Source of the DNA: Candidatus Lustribacter sp.
GTDB taxonomy: Bacteria; Vulcanimicrobiota; Vulcanimicrobiia; Vulcanimicrobiales; Vulcanimicrobiaceae
Direction of reading: 5' to 3'
DNA: 64,000 bases
Assembly: GCA_965277805.1 (NCBI GenBank)
Contig: OZ255842.1
Span: forward strand, 736,001-800,000
Under the pieces are notes generated by a model that saw only the letters and a program-made list of their open reading frames with translations, was not told the DNA's origin and did not search any database. Of the stretch, positions 48,007 to 57,355 are shown piece by piece; positions within the stretch are counted from its first letter, which is position 1, and the number at the start of each line of letters is the position of its first letter. A program made the position numbers and the translations under genes.

Positions 48007-48994
48007 ACAAGTGGAGCAGCGCGTCGTGGTTCACGTGCAGGCAAACGTTTGCGTTTGCAGCGCCGGTTTGCCGGCGCGTATAGCCTTGGTCATCGACGAC
48101 GACGTGCATGGCTTGGATTGGGCACAGCGCGGGATCGATGACGCGGGCGAGCGCAACGACGTCGTAGAGGGTCGGCGTATTGCCCCACGGATTGAGCTCG
48201 CTCCATAGATGATAGAGCTGTGAGAGCGCATCCGTCAGCGCGGTTCCCTGCGCAACGAGACGGTCGCGCCGGCTTCGATCGAGTGGAATTTGCGTCGAGT
48301 CCAGCGGCATGAGGTCGATGGGTACACCGGACCGGAACACTTTCTGCGCCGCGCGAATGTCTTGAACGATATTGTACTCGGCCACCGGCGGCGGCTTCGC
48401 CGGCCGTCCGAAATCGGAATAGCCGACGCCGATGGAACCGCCCATCAGCACGATCCGTTTGAGTTTCCGAAACGTTGCCGGGTCGCGATCTTCCAAGGCC
48501 GCGACGTTCGTCAGCGGCGCGATGGCGACGAGCGTAATCTCTCCCGGGTGGCGGCGTATCTGATCGAGAACGAACGGCGTCGCTGCGGGCCAACTGCGCG
48601 CAGGCACGGGCGATTCCTCGGCCCAATGCGCTTGCGTGTAGGTGATCGCTTTGCCGGACGGGTCGAATGGCCCGCGCGATGCCGTTCCGATCGCAACGGG
48701 GATGCTGGTTTTGCCTGCCTCGAACAGCAGGCGGTCGACGAGCCGGGCGCGCAAGCGCACGTTCCCCGACGCCGTCGTGATGCCGAGCAGCTGAATATCG
48801 GGACTCGCCAGCGCCAGAGCGATGGCGAATGCGTCATCGATGTCGGTTCCGATATCGGTATCGATGATGACTTTCGCCGCGGCGGAACTGCGAGTGTGGT
48901 GCGGTGCCGCGGCGCCCGCTGGTGAAGAAGACGGCATGACGATACTCGCTATGAGGCTCCACGCGAATAGGCAGCGCGCAAAACGCATCAGCAT
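47972..48994 (-). CDS. Secreted IU-type nucleoside hydrolase
   Basis: Signal peptide; IDTDIGTDIDD, APLTN, MGG, AEYNI, LDST, LYD. Confidence 0.87.
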   Translation of the reverse strand: MLMRFARCLFAWSLIASIVMPSSSPAGAAAPHHTRSSAAAKVIIDTDIGTDIDDAFAIALALASPDIQLLGITTASGNVRLRARLVDRLLFEAGKTSIPVAIGTASRGPFDPSGKAITYTQAHWAEESPVPARSWPAATPFVLDQIRRHPGEITLVAIAPLTNVAALEDRDPATFRKLKRIVLMGGSIGVGYSDFGRPAKPPPVAEYNIVQDIRAAQKVFRSGVPIDLMPLDSTQIPLDRSRRDRLVAQGTALTDALSQLYHLWSELNPWGNTPTLYDVVALARVIDPALCPIQAMHVVVDDQGYTRRQTGAANANVCLHVNHDALLHLFMTRLLEQRLK

Positions 48995-49043
48995 TCATAC
49001 GACGAGAAACTCATTGAAGCCCACCCCCTAAAGGATCAGCAAG

Positions 49044-49976
49044 ATGGAAGATATGACGCGCGCTACGGCGATTTCTGCACTGGCCGCCGGATCTGCGGTT
49101 GCCGCGGCGGGGCTGCCGCGTGCGGTGGTGAGTGCGCCGCTCGCGCCTGAGCTGACCGCGCTCCTTGCGACGCTCCAGCCCCGCGGCGGCATGATCGCTG
49201 CCGATCGCGTTCGCGCGAGCGGCATACCGAGGCCGGAACTGATGAACCGGCTGATTCCGTGGGCGAAGACCTTTGCCGACCCGCCGATCTCGCACTTCTT
49301 CGTCGGAGCGGTCATGGAAGGCGCGTCGGGTGCCTTATATGCCGGCATGAATCTCGAATTTCCGGGCGAGACGCTGGCCTTCACGATACACGGTGAAGGC
49401 GCGGCAACGGCCAACGCGTGGATGCACGACGAAACCGGCATCGTCTCACTCGCGGTCGGAGGTGTGCCGTGCGGTTACTGCCGGCAGTATCTCTCCGAAT
49501 TCGTGCAGCCCGAGAAGCTGACGATCTGGCTTCCCGAAGGCGGCAGCGTTACGCTTGCCGAGGCCATGCCGCACGCCTTCCTGCCTGCGGTTTTGGGCAT
49601 CACGGTCGATCCGTTTCACACGCGTAGCGCACTTCGGCTCGCAATGCCAAGTGCCGATCCGCTCGTGCTCGCTGGGCTAAAGGCCGCGATGCGTTCGCAC
49701 GCGCCCTATAGCAAGACGCTCGCCGGTTTCGCGCTGCGCCTGCGCGACGGCAGCATCATCACGGGCCGTCACGCCGAGAACGTTGCCTTCAATCCCGCCA
49801 TGCCCGCGTTGCAATGTGCGCTGATCGCACTGCGTCTTCGTGGATACAGCTATGCCGCTATCACGGCCGCGGCGCTCGTCGAGACCGCCGGCCGCGCATC
49901 GCAGCGAACGGCCACCCAGGCCGTGCTGCGAACGATCTCGCCGGTCGCGCTCACGTATGCGCGCGCGACGACGTGA
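49044..49976 (+). CDS. cdd: Cytidine deaminase, two-domain homodimeric type, with N-terminal signal-like extension
   Basis: GMNLEF, HGE, PCGYCRQ, second domain SHAPYS, AENVAFNP. Confidence 0.85.
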   Translation: MEDMTRATAISALAAGSAVAAAGLPRAVVSAPLAPELTALLATLQPRGGMIAADRVRASGIPRPELMNRLIPWAKTFADPPISHFFVGAVMEGASGALYAGMNLEFPGETLAFTIHGEGAATANAWMHDETGIVSLAVGGVPCGYCRQYLSEFVQPEKLTIWLPEGGSVTLAEAMPHAFLPAVLGITVDPFHTRSALRLAMPSADPLVLAGLKAAMRSHAPYSKTLAGFALRLRDGSIITGRHAENVAFNPAMPALQCALIALRLRGYSYAAITAAALVETAGRASQRTATQAVLRTISPVALTYARATT

Positions 49977-49998
49977 TCGCGTAGCCGGAGCGGGCAGT

Positions 49999-51009
49999 TT
50001 AGGCGCTCGGCTTCCAGCGCTCGGCGTCGAGCTGGGCGCTTGCCGCACGCAATGGCCGGAAGTCGTAGATCTTGTCGAGCGGCGGGACCTGGTCTTTCGG
50101 CACGTTGTTGAGTGACGTGCGGAGCTCGACGTCGGAACGGATCAAGTCGTCCGAAACAGCGAGATCCGGAGACAACGATTTCAGCATGTTATCGTAGTCG
50201 ATGGACTGCGCGTGCGCATCGGGCGGCGTCTTTTGGTATTTCGCCGTAAAGGCGATCGACTGCGCTTTGAAGGCCCGGAAGTAGCGCGCACCTTTGACGA
50301 GGGCCCGCAACAAACTCCTGAGGACATCCGGGCTGCCGGTGAGGAACTTGCCGGTGACGACCATCCCGTTATACGGCATGTACACTTTGCGGTAGTAGTC
50401 GAAAACGACGTGCGCGTTCTTGAACTGGCCCGAATCCCGCATGCGGTCGCTGTCGGTGGAATCGAGGACCACTGCGGGCAGCGCGTTCGAAACGAGCGCG
50501 GCGGCAATCGTATTGCTGAACCCGAGCGGCGAGTAGCCGACCGAGTCCGGCGGAACGCCGGCGTTCTGCAGCGCGAGTCGCGTGGCGATCTCGAATGTGT
50601 CGCCGCGGGTGGCGATCCCGACCGACTTGCCCTTGAGGTCGCTGAGCCGGCGAATCTCAGGGTTCGCCCACAGCTGGTAGTTCGGCGTGTCTTGGAAGAC
50701 GAGGACGATGCGCAGGTCGGCGCCGCGCAGAATCGCCGACAACGCCGAAGCACTGGACGCGCTCGCATCGACGGTTCCGGAAAGCAGCGCGGGCGTGGCG
50801 GTTCCACCGCCGGCGTACACGAACTCGACGTCGAGCCCCTCGGCAGCAAAATAGCCCTTTTCTTGCGCGATGAAGTATGCGGCCTCGTTCGACTCCGTTG
50901 CCGGCAAGGTGAGCTTGAGTTTCGTCGCCGCGCGCGAAGGCTGCGCGATCATCACGGATGCGGACGCCGCAGCCATCGCCGCGAGTACGTGCCGGCGGGA
51001 GAACATCAC
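49999..51009 (-). CDS. ABC substrate-binding protein, NMT1/SsuA-like (solitary)
   Basis: SRRHVL Tat motif, KGYFAAEGLDVE, DLKGKSVG; start 51009 or 51006. Confidence 0.87.
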   Translation of the reverse strand: MMFSRRHVLAAMAAASASVMIAQPSRAATKLKLTLPATESNEAAYFIAQEKGYFAAEGLDVEFVYAGGGTATPALLSGTVDASASSASALSAILRGADLRIVLVFQDTPNYQLWANPEIRRLSDLKGKSVGIATRGDTFEIATRLALQNAGVPPDSVGYSPLGFSNTIAAALVSNALPAVVLDSTDSDRMRDSGQFKNAHVVFDYYRKVYMPYNGMVVTGKFLTGSPDVLRSLLRALVKGARYFRAFKAQSIAFTAKYQKTPPDAHAQSIDYDNMLKSLSPDLAVSDDLIRSDVELRTSLNNVPKDQVPPLDKIYDFRPLRAASAQLDAERWKPSA

Positions 51010-52374
51010 TCAGGACCTCCAGATCTCGGGAACGGCGCTGCGTTCGGGATGCAGGACGAAAGAATTTCGAGGGCGCGCGAGCCCGAGGTGGTCCCGCAGC
51101 ATCGGGCCGGCATACTCGGTGCGGAATAGGTTGCGCTTCTGCAGAATCGGGACGACGTGCTCGGTAAAGAGCTCAAACCCTCCCGGCAGATACGCGCCCG
51201 AGATCACGAAGCCGTCAACCGCGCGGTTGATGAACCAGGTCTCCAGCGTGTCCGCAGCCTGCTCGGGCGTCCCAACGACGGAAATGCCTAAGCTTTCGTT
51301 CGCGATCTTGACGGCCAGCTGGCGAATCGTTAGACCGTCACGACGCGCTAATGCGAGAAGCTGTGCCTGAGTGGTCTTGATGCGATCGGTCTCGGGCAGG
51401 TCGGGCAGCGGTCCGTCGAGGTCGTAGGGCGAGAGATCGAAGCCGCCGATCCAAAACTCGAGTGCGCGCACGGCATCTGCGGGGTTGATGAGTTCGTCGA
51501 GCGCATCGGCTTTGCGTCGCGCTTCCGCCTCGGTCGAGCCGATAAGAAATCGAGCGGAGTTTAGGATCTTGATGTCGTCCGCGCGCCGGCCCCAGCCGGC
51601 GACTTGTTCTTTGATCTGCTGGTAGAAGAGTTGCGCGCCTTCGTATGACTTCGTCATCGTGAAAAGACAGTCGGCGTAGCGGGTCGCAAAGTTTCTGCCG
51701 GCATCCGATGCGCCGGCCTGAACGAGGATCGGATGCCCTTGCGGGCACCGTGCCATGTCGATCGGACCGGCCGCGTTGTAGTATTCGCCTTTGAAACCGA
51801 TCCCGTGGACTCTTTCCGGATCGATGTAGCGGCCCGTCGCCTTATCCGCCACGGTAGCCGCGTCTTCAATGCCGTCCCAGAGACCGATGGCGAGATTGAG
51901 AAATTCCTCAACTCGAACGTAGCGCTCGTCGTGCGCGTAGTTCTTGTCCATACCGAAGTTATGTGCTTCGTGTGGATAGGATGAGGTGACGATGTTCCAA
52001 CCCGCTCGGCCGTTACTGATGTGGTCGAGGGACGCAAACTGCCGTGCCAGCGTGTAGGGCTGGTTGAGGATGCTGGCCGTTGCGACGAGACCCAAGCGTT
52101 CTGTCGTAGCCGCCAGCGCAGACAGCAAGGTGATCGGCTCGAGGCGCGTAGCGCCGGCTCGGCTAAATGCGTCCTGCCCGCGCGTCGGGCGAAACCCCAA
52201 AGAGTCCGCGAAAAAGACCGCGTCGAACTTTGCCGCTTCGCACGCCGATGCCAGTCGCTTGTAGAGGCTGAAGTCTCGGTGGGCTGCGGCTTCCGGCAGG
52301 CGCCATCCAACCTGGTGCGATCCCTGGCGGATCTGCCCAAATAGATGCATTTGGCGCGCGGCCGTTTCGCTCAT
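51010..52374 (-). CDS. LLM-class flavin-dependent monooxygenase (NtaA/SnaA/DszA family)
   Basis: FDAVFFAD, LEPITLL, RQFASLDHISNGRAGWNIVTS, QAGAS, LRDHLGL. Confidence 0.92.
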   Translation of the reverse strand: MSETAARQMHLFGQIRQGSHQVGWRLPEAAAHRDFSLYKRLASACEAAKFDAVFFADSLGFRPTRGQDAFSRAGATRLEPITLLSALAATTERLGLVATASILNQPYTLARQFASLDHISNGRAGWNIVTSSYPHEAHNFGMDKNYAHDERYVRVEEFLNLAIGLWDGIEDAATVADKATGRYIDPERVHGIGFKGEYYNAAGPIDMARCPQGHPILVQAGASDAGRNFATRYADCLFTMTKSYEGAQLFYQQIKEQVAGWGRRADDIKILNSARFLIGSTEAEARRKADALDELINPADAVRALEFWIGGFDLSPYDLDGPLPDLPETDRIKTTQAQLLALARRDGLTIRQLAVKIANESLGISVVGTPEQAADTLETWFINRAVDGFVISGAYLPGGFELFTEHVVPILQKRNLFRTEYAGPMLRDHLGLARPRNSFVLHPERSAVPEIWRS

Positions 52375-52383
52375 CGCGGTGTC

Positions 52384-52409
52384 GTACACGCTGCCGACAC
52401 GCGATTCCT
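52384..52409 (-). promoter_or_regulatory. Putative sigma-H-like promoter AGGA-N18-GTAC, 9 nt before the ATG (representative copy)
   Basis: Same geometry recurs upstream of about 12 genes (see findings). Confidence 0.5.
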
Positions 52410-52452
52410 CGGCAGCGCAAGGTGCTTGAACCGAATGATTGAAGGCCCGCAC

Positions 52453-53421
52453 GTGATCGATCGCGGGAGTTTTCTAAAAATCGCAGCGGCTGCGCCGCTC
52501 GCAACGTCCGCCGTCAATGCGCCGGCATCGGCGCAAGCGCTGCAGGCATTGCAAGTGCTCACGGTGCCGACCGACGCGGCGAAACAGGTCTTATACGCGC
52601 AGCAAGCGGGGCTGTTTCGCAAGCGCGGCTTCAACGTCGATATCGGCATGCTTGCGAATGGGGCCGCGACGTTCTCCGCCGTCGTAGGCGGTTCGGCCGA
52701 TTTCGCAGCCGGCAGTCTCTTTCCGGTCTTCCAAGCGTACGCGCGCGGGCTCCCGATCCGCATCGTTGCACCGATCTCGATGTACGATACGAATCGGGCC
52801 GACATGTGGCTCGTCGTGCGCAAAGACTCGCCGATCCAAACGGCGCGCGATCTCAATGGCAAGGTCATGGCCGGTGACGCGCCCGACGATATCGGCACGG
52901 TCTCGGTGCGCGCCTGGGTCGACCAGCACGGCGGCGACGGCAACTCCTTGCGCATGACCGAACTCTCGCCGCGCGAGCAGCTCGCAGCGATCGATCAAGG
53001 CCGCATCGACACGGCTGGACTGCGGCCGCCCTATCTCACCGCGGCAATGCAGTCGCAGCGCTTCCGGGTGATCGGGAAACCGCTCGACGCGGTTGCGCCG
53101 CGCTTTCTGTTCTCGTGCTGGATTGCGACGACCGACTACATCGCGAAGAACCCGCAAACGGTAAAGGCGTTCGTTGATTCGTTAACCGAAGCCGGGCACT
53201 ACACAAACGCCCATCAAGCCGAAACGGTCGCGATGGTTTCCAAGTTTTCCGGTCAGAACCCGGCTACGGTGGCTGCCGGCGTCCGCACGATCATCGGTGA
53301 GGAGATCACTGCGACCGACGTTCAAAAACCGCTGGATTTTGCCTACAAACACGGAGTGGTCGACAAGCACTACGATGCCGGTGCGATGCTCTCGCAATTC
53401 TTCCCCGTGCTCAAGGGGTAG
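52453..53421 (+). CDS. ABC substrate-binding protein, NMT1/SsuA-like (solitary)
   Basis: DRGSFLK signal; close paralogue of 21786-22751 (PTD.AK.VLYAQ.AGLFRKRG, PLDFAYK). Confidence 0.87.
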   Translation: MIDRGSFLKIAAAAPLATSAVNAPASAQALQALQVLTVPTDAAKQVLYAQQAGLFRKRGFNVDIGMLANGAATFSAVVGGSADFAAGSLFPVFQAYARGLPIRIVAPISMYDTNRADMWLVVRKDSPIQTARDLNGKVMAGDAPDDIGTVSVRAWVDQHGGDGNSLRMTELSPREQLAAIDQGRIDTAGLRPPYLTAAMQSQRFRVIGKPLDAVAPRFLFSCWIATTDYIAKNPQTVKAFVDSLTEAGHYTNAHQAETVAMVSKFSGQNPATVAAGVRTIIGEEITATDVQKPLDFAYKHGVVDKHYDAGAMLSQFFPVLKG

Positions 53422-54379
53422 TGTTCATGAGTCCGATCATCTCCTTCGCGGTGACGGCACGTGGAAGGGCGCCGTATTTATACGCAAGGCTTAGCTGCGT
53501 CGTCAGGTCGGCGGGATCCAGCGACGTCGCGAATTCAATCAGTGCGTTCTTGTTGAACGTCTGAACGTCGACTTTGGCATACTTCGCGAGGATAACCATC
53601 GCCTTGTCGTGATTTGCATTCGCCCAGCGCCCGGCCTGATAGATGGCGTTGGAAAATCGCCGGACGAGATCCGGGTTCTTTTCGGCGAACGCCGCATTGG
53701 TAAACCACGCAGAGCTCAGATAGCGGGGTGCAATCGCTAAGGAGGTGCTGGCTAATTCGCGCACGTGATACGTGGCCTTCGCTTGACTGAGCGAGGGATC
53801 CGTCAGCACGGCGGCGGCGACCGTCCCGCGCGCGAGCGCCGCACCCATCTCCGGAAACGTCAATTCGATGAAGCGAATCTTCGAGAGGTCCGCGTGGCCC
53901 TTGTCTAGCCAGGCCTCCGCGCCGACCTGCGAGATCGTCTTGAGACCGATGACGCCGATCGTGTGTCCCTCCAGATCCTTCGCGACCTGCACACTTGAAT
54001 CGCCGGCAACGCAGAGCGTCGTGGCCGGCGTCGCCGGACTGGTCACGCCCCCGGCGGCCACGATTCGAAACGGTATTCCGTGCGCGATGCCCTGCGCGAT
54101 CGTCAACGCCGATGAGACGCCGAAGTCGCCGGACCCCGATGCGACGACCTCAGCGATGGCCGGTGCGCTTGCAACCGTCGTCAATTCGACGTTCAATCCG
54201 TTCGCCGTAAAGAAACCGTTGTCTTGGGCATAATACGCTTCGGCGTACGCATCGGCCAAGGAGGCCGAGACACGCACCGTCGGGAGTGTCTGTGCGGCGG
54301 AGGGAATCGCGCTAGCGAAGCACGTTGCGGCCAGAATACCGGCGATGATCGCTTTCGCACTTGATCTCAGTATATCCAC
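53411..54379 (-). CDS. ABC substrate-binding protein, NMT1/SsuA-like (solitary)
   Basis: Signal peptide, GFFTANGLNVE, DLEGHTIG, WANANH. Confidence 0.87.
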   Translation of the reverse strand: MDILRSSAKAIIAGILAATCFASAIPSAAQTLPTVRVSASLADAYAEAYYAQDNGFFTANGLNVELTTVASAPAIAEVVASGSGDFGVSSALTIAQGIAHGIPFRIVAAGGVTSPATPATTLCVAGDSSVQVAKDLEGHTIGVIGLKTISQVGAEAWLDKGHADLSKIRFIELTFPEMGAALARGTVAAAVLTDPSLSQAKATYHVRELASTSLAIAPRYLSSAWFTNAAFAEKNPDLVRRFSNAIYQAGRWANANHDKAMVILAKYAKVDVQTFNKNALIEFATSLDPADLTTQLSLAYKYGALPRAVTAKEMIGLMNTTP

Positions 54380-54477
54380 GATGTCTGCTTTCGTGTCCGA
54401 GCGAAGCTGGTCAAGGATCGCTTGTGACGTGCCCCGTAAACCGTCCTCCTAAAACGTACCAGCGGAGGATGCATCCG

Positions 54478-55566
54478 ATGAAGATTGCACGTTTGCGCAC
54501 GACGCCCATTGAGATGCCGTTCGATCCGCCGGTAGGCATCGCGGGATTTCGGACTGCCGGCCTCGTGCTGGTGTTTCTCGAGTCGGACGAAGGCATCGCC
54601 GGCGAGGGTCTCGTTCTCTCGTTCAATGCAAATCGGTTATCACTAATCAATGAGCTGGTGCGGAGTCTTGAGCCGCTCGTCGTCGGCCTCGAGCTGAGCG
54701 CGAGCGGCGTGGCCAAGACGCGGCTTTGGGACAGCATGCGTGCGTTCGGCTACGGCGGCATCTCGGTATTAGCCGTCGCGGCAGTCGAGTCTGCGCTCTG
54801 GGACCTGCGTGGGAAGAGTCTCGGCCTCAACGTCGCCCACTTGGCCGGCGCGTATCACACCGCGTTGCCCGTCTATCACAGTGCGGGTCTTTGGGTCTCG
54901 GCAACGATCGATGAGCTCCAGCGAACCGCACAGCAGCATCTCGACGCCGGTTTTCGTGCGATGAAGATGCGGCTCGTCTGCGATGCGCGCAATCCCGCGC
55001 AGGACGTTGGGCGCGTTCGTGCCGTACGCGAGGTCGTCGGACCGAACGTCGCCCTCATGGCCGATGCGAACCAAAAGATGGTCTTACCGCAGGCGTTGCG
55101 GTTGGGGCGACTCCTCGAGGAGTTCAATCTCGACTGGCTCGAGGAGCCGGTTGCGGCGCACGATCACGTCGCAGAAGCGGAGATCGTTGCGGCCTTGGAC
55201 ACGCCGATCGCGTGTGGCGAATCGCTCTACACCAGTAGAGAAGTGATGGAAGTCATGCGCCTGCGTTCGGTGGACGTGCTGATGCCGGATCTGCTGCGCA
55301 TGGGCGGACCATCGGAGTTCCTCAAGGCGGCGCAGCTCGCCGATGCCTTCAGCATTCCGGTCTCTTCTCACACTTATCCGGAGATGAGCCTCGCGCTCTT
55401 GGCTGCTTCGCCGAACGCGAACTTCCTCGAGTACATGGACTGGATCTCGCCGATCTACACCGAGCAGATCGAGCTCGACGCAGAGGGCCGTGCGATCGTC
55501 CCCGATCGGCCGGGCTGGGGCTTCAACTTCAATCCCGCGGTCGTTCAACGCTGGTCGTTGAGCTGA
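54478..55566 (+). CDS. Mandelate racemase/muconate lactonizing enzyme family protein
   Basis: ALWDLRGK, KMR, DANQ, WLEEP, GES, MPD, SSH, PGWG. Confidence 0.9.
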   Translation: MKIARLRTTPIEMPFDPPVGIAGFRTAGLVLVFLESDEGIAGEGLVLSFNANRLSLINELVRSLEPLVVGLELSASGVAKTRLWDSMRAFGYGGISVLAVAAVESALWDLRGKSLGLNVAHLAGAYHTALPVYHSAGLWVSATIDELQRTAQQHLDAGFRAMKMRLVCDARNPAQDVGRVRAVREVVGPNVALMADANQKMVLPQALRLGRLLEEFNLDWLEEPVAAHDHVAEAEIVAALDTPIACGESLYTSREVMEVMRLRSVDVLMPDLLRMGGPSEFLKAAQLADAFSIPVSSHTYPEMSLALLAASPNANFLEYMDWISPIYTEQIELDAEGRAIVPDRPGWGFNFNPAVVQRWSLS

Positions 55567-56405
55567 GGATAGAGTCTTAGCGCCGTTCGCGAGAAGATCG
55601 CCGTCTTTTGCGCGTCCGGTAAAAACGCTAGCTCCTGCAGCGCGAAGTCGCGGAGCTCGACGAGCGTGCCGGGCGATTGCGGAAAATTCGAGCCCCAAGC
55701 GATGCGATCGGCCCCGAACGCGCTTATTGTGGCCTCCATAAATGTCCGAATCGTGGACTTGTTTTGCTGCATCGTGCGCAGATTGCTTTCGGTCAACTTC
55801 AGGTAGAGATTGGGATACGCGGAGAGGGCGAAGAATTCGCGTGCCGCCGCATAAGGCGGGCCGTCATCGGAGGGCGGCTGCGCGAAGTGATCGAGAATGA
55901 CGGTGACGTCGGGGAAGCGCTCGAGCAACGTGCGTAGCAGGGGCAAGCGGTTGAACCGGGTTTGAATGCATACCGGAACGCCGAGCTCCTGCGCTCTGAC
56001 CCAGGCTGGGTAGGTGTGCGGATCGGCTAGCCAGCCACCGGAATCTTCGGATAGCAGCAGGCCCGCTGCAAAGATCCGGAAGCCGGCCATCCCGCGCTGC
56101 CGCACCCAATATGCGAGCCGCTCGGCGGCGTCGGCCGCTTGGACGTCGATCGCACCGACGAAGCAAAGGCGATCGGGATGAGCCGCGGCCACATCGGCGG
56201 CATACGAGTTGTCGTACCCGTATGCGGTCGATGCGTGGACGACGACCGCCCGCCCGATCTCGGCTTTGTCCATCCAATCGAGCAGCTGTTCACCGTCGAC
56301 CGGACGTTCGCGCGTCCACACCGACTGGGTGCCGCCCAAAGGGCTGAACGGATATGCAACGGGGTCTTTCGAGATGGCGTGCGCATGGATGTCGATGATG
56401 GTCAC
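55545..56405 (-). CDS. Amidohydrolase_2 family lactonase-like protein (LigI/sugar lactonase type)
   Basis: IDIHAH, YGYDNSY, ILDHF, NLYLK, WGSNFP. Confidence 0.82.
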   Translation of the reverse strand: MTIIDIHAHAISKDPVAYPFSPLGGTQSVWTRERPVDGEQLLDWMDKAEIGRAVVVHASTAYGYDNSYAADVAAAHPDRLCFVGAIDVQAADAAERLAYWVRQRGMAGFRIFAAGLLLSEDSGGWLADPHTYPAWVRAQELGVPVCIQTRFNRLPLLRTLLERFPDVTVILDHFAQPPSDDGPPYAAAREFFALSAYPNLYLKLTESNLRTMQQNKSTIRTFMEATISAFGADRIAWGSNFPQSPGTLVELRDFALQELAFLPDAQKTAIFSRTALRLYPQLNDQR

Positions 56406-57355
56406 GCGAGAAACATCTCATGAGCGGGGAATGCCCGCGGGATGTTCTTGTATTTTGCTGCGATGTCGATCAATGGCTGGACGAGCGCGGGGTCGGCGGT
56501 ATCAGGCGTAGCCACTTCGACGCGGACCATTTTGCGAAAGACGTCGATCGGAATTTGCGTTACGCCCGACATCATCGCGACGGTATCGGCGTGGTGCGTG
56601 TTCGTGTAGGCACCAGCCGCCAGAGTGACGCGCACCCAACGTTTGACCACATCGAGATTCTTCGCTACCCAATCGCTGTTGGAAAAGTAATTCGCGATCA
56701 CGAAACGGTCGGCGATCGCGCTAAAGCCTTCGGCCAGCACCCGCACCGTGCCGTCGGTGATAGCGTCGCTCACTTGCGGTTGGACCATCGCCGCGACATC
56801 GACGCGGTGATCATGGAGCGCTTGTGCGGTTGCGGAATTGGGCAGCTCGACATACTTGAGCGTCTTCGAATCACCGCCGTTTTTGTCGACCCAGGCCATG
56901 ATCGAGAGCGAGTTCATATCGTTGAGGCCCGGTGACGCGGCGATCTTTCCGTTGAGGTCGGCCGCGGTCTTGATCGGCGAGTCGGCCGCCACGACGGTGA
57001 GGTTGAACGGATTTTTCGGATCCCACATCGAGGCGTTGGCGATGACGGTGAGCGGCAACCCGCGCAAGTGCGCAAGCATGGAGGCGATCGGGCTGCCTTT
57101 ACCGATTTCGTAGGCGCCTGCAATTACTGCGGTTGTCGCCGCCGAGCCGCTCGAGACCGGTACGATCTCGACGTCGAGGCCCGCTTTGCGGTACATACCG
57201 CTCTTGACGGCCCAGTAGATCGGCGTCATGTCGTCGGTCGCTACGCCGGCCACGCGGATGTGCGGAATCGTTTGCGCTTTTAATGCCAGGGGAGCGCATG
57301 CAAGTGCTGCTGCTCCGCTGCCGGCTAGGAACTGCGAACGGTTGAGAAGTTCCAC
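56402..57355 (-). CDS. ABC substrate-binding protein, NMT1/SsuA-like (solitary)
   Basis: NRSQFLAG signal, KAGLDVE, DLNGK, YTNTH. Confidence 0.87.
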   Translation of the reverse strand: MELLNRSQFLAGSGAAALACAPLALKAQTIPHIRVAGVATDDMTPIYWAVKSGMYRKAGLDVEIVPVSSGSAATTAVIAGAYEIGKGSPIASMLAHLRGLPLTVIANASMWDPKNPFNLTVVAADSPIKTAADLNGKIAASPGLNDMNSLSIMAWVDKNGGDSKTLKYVELPNSATAQALHDHRVDVAAMVQPQVSDAITDGTVRVLAEGFSAIADRFVIANYFSNSDWVAKNLDVVKRWVRVTLAAGAYTNTHHADTVAMMSGVTQIPIDVFRKMVRVEVATPDTADPALVQPLIDIAAKYKNIPRAFPAHEMFLA

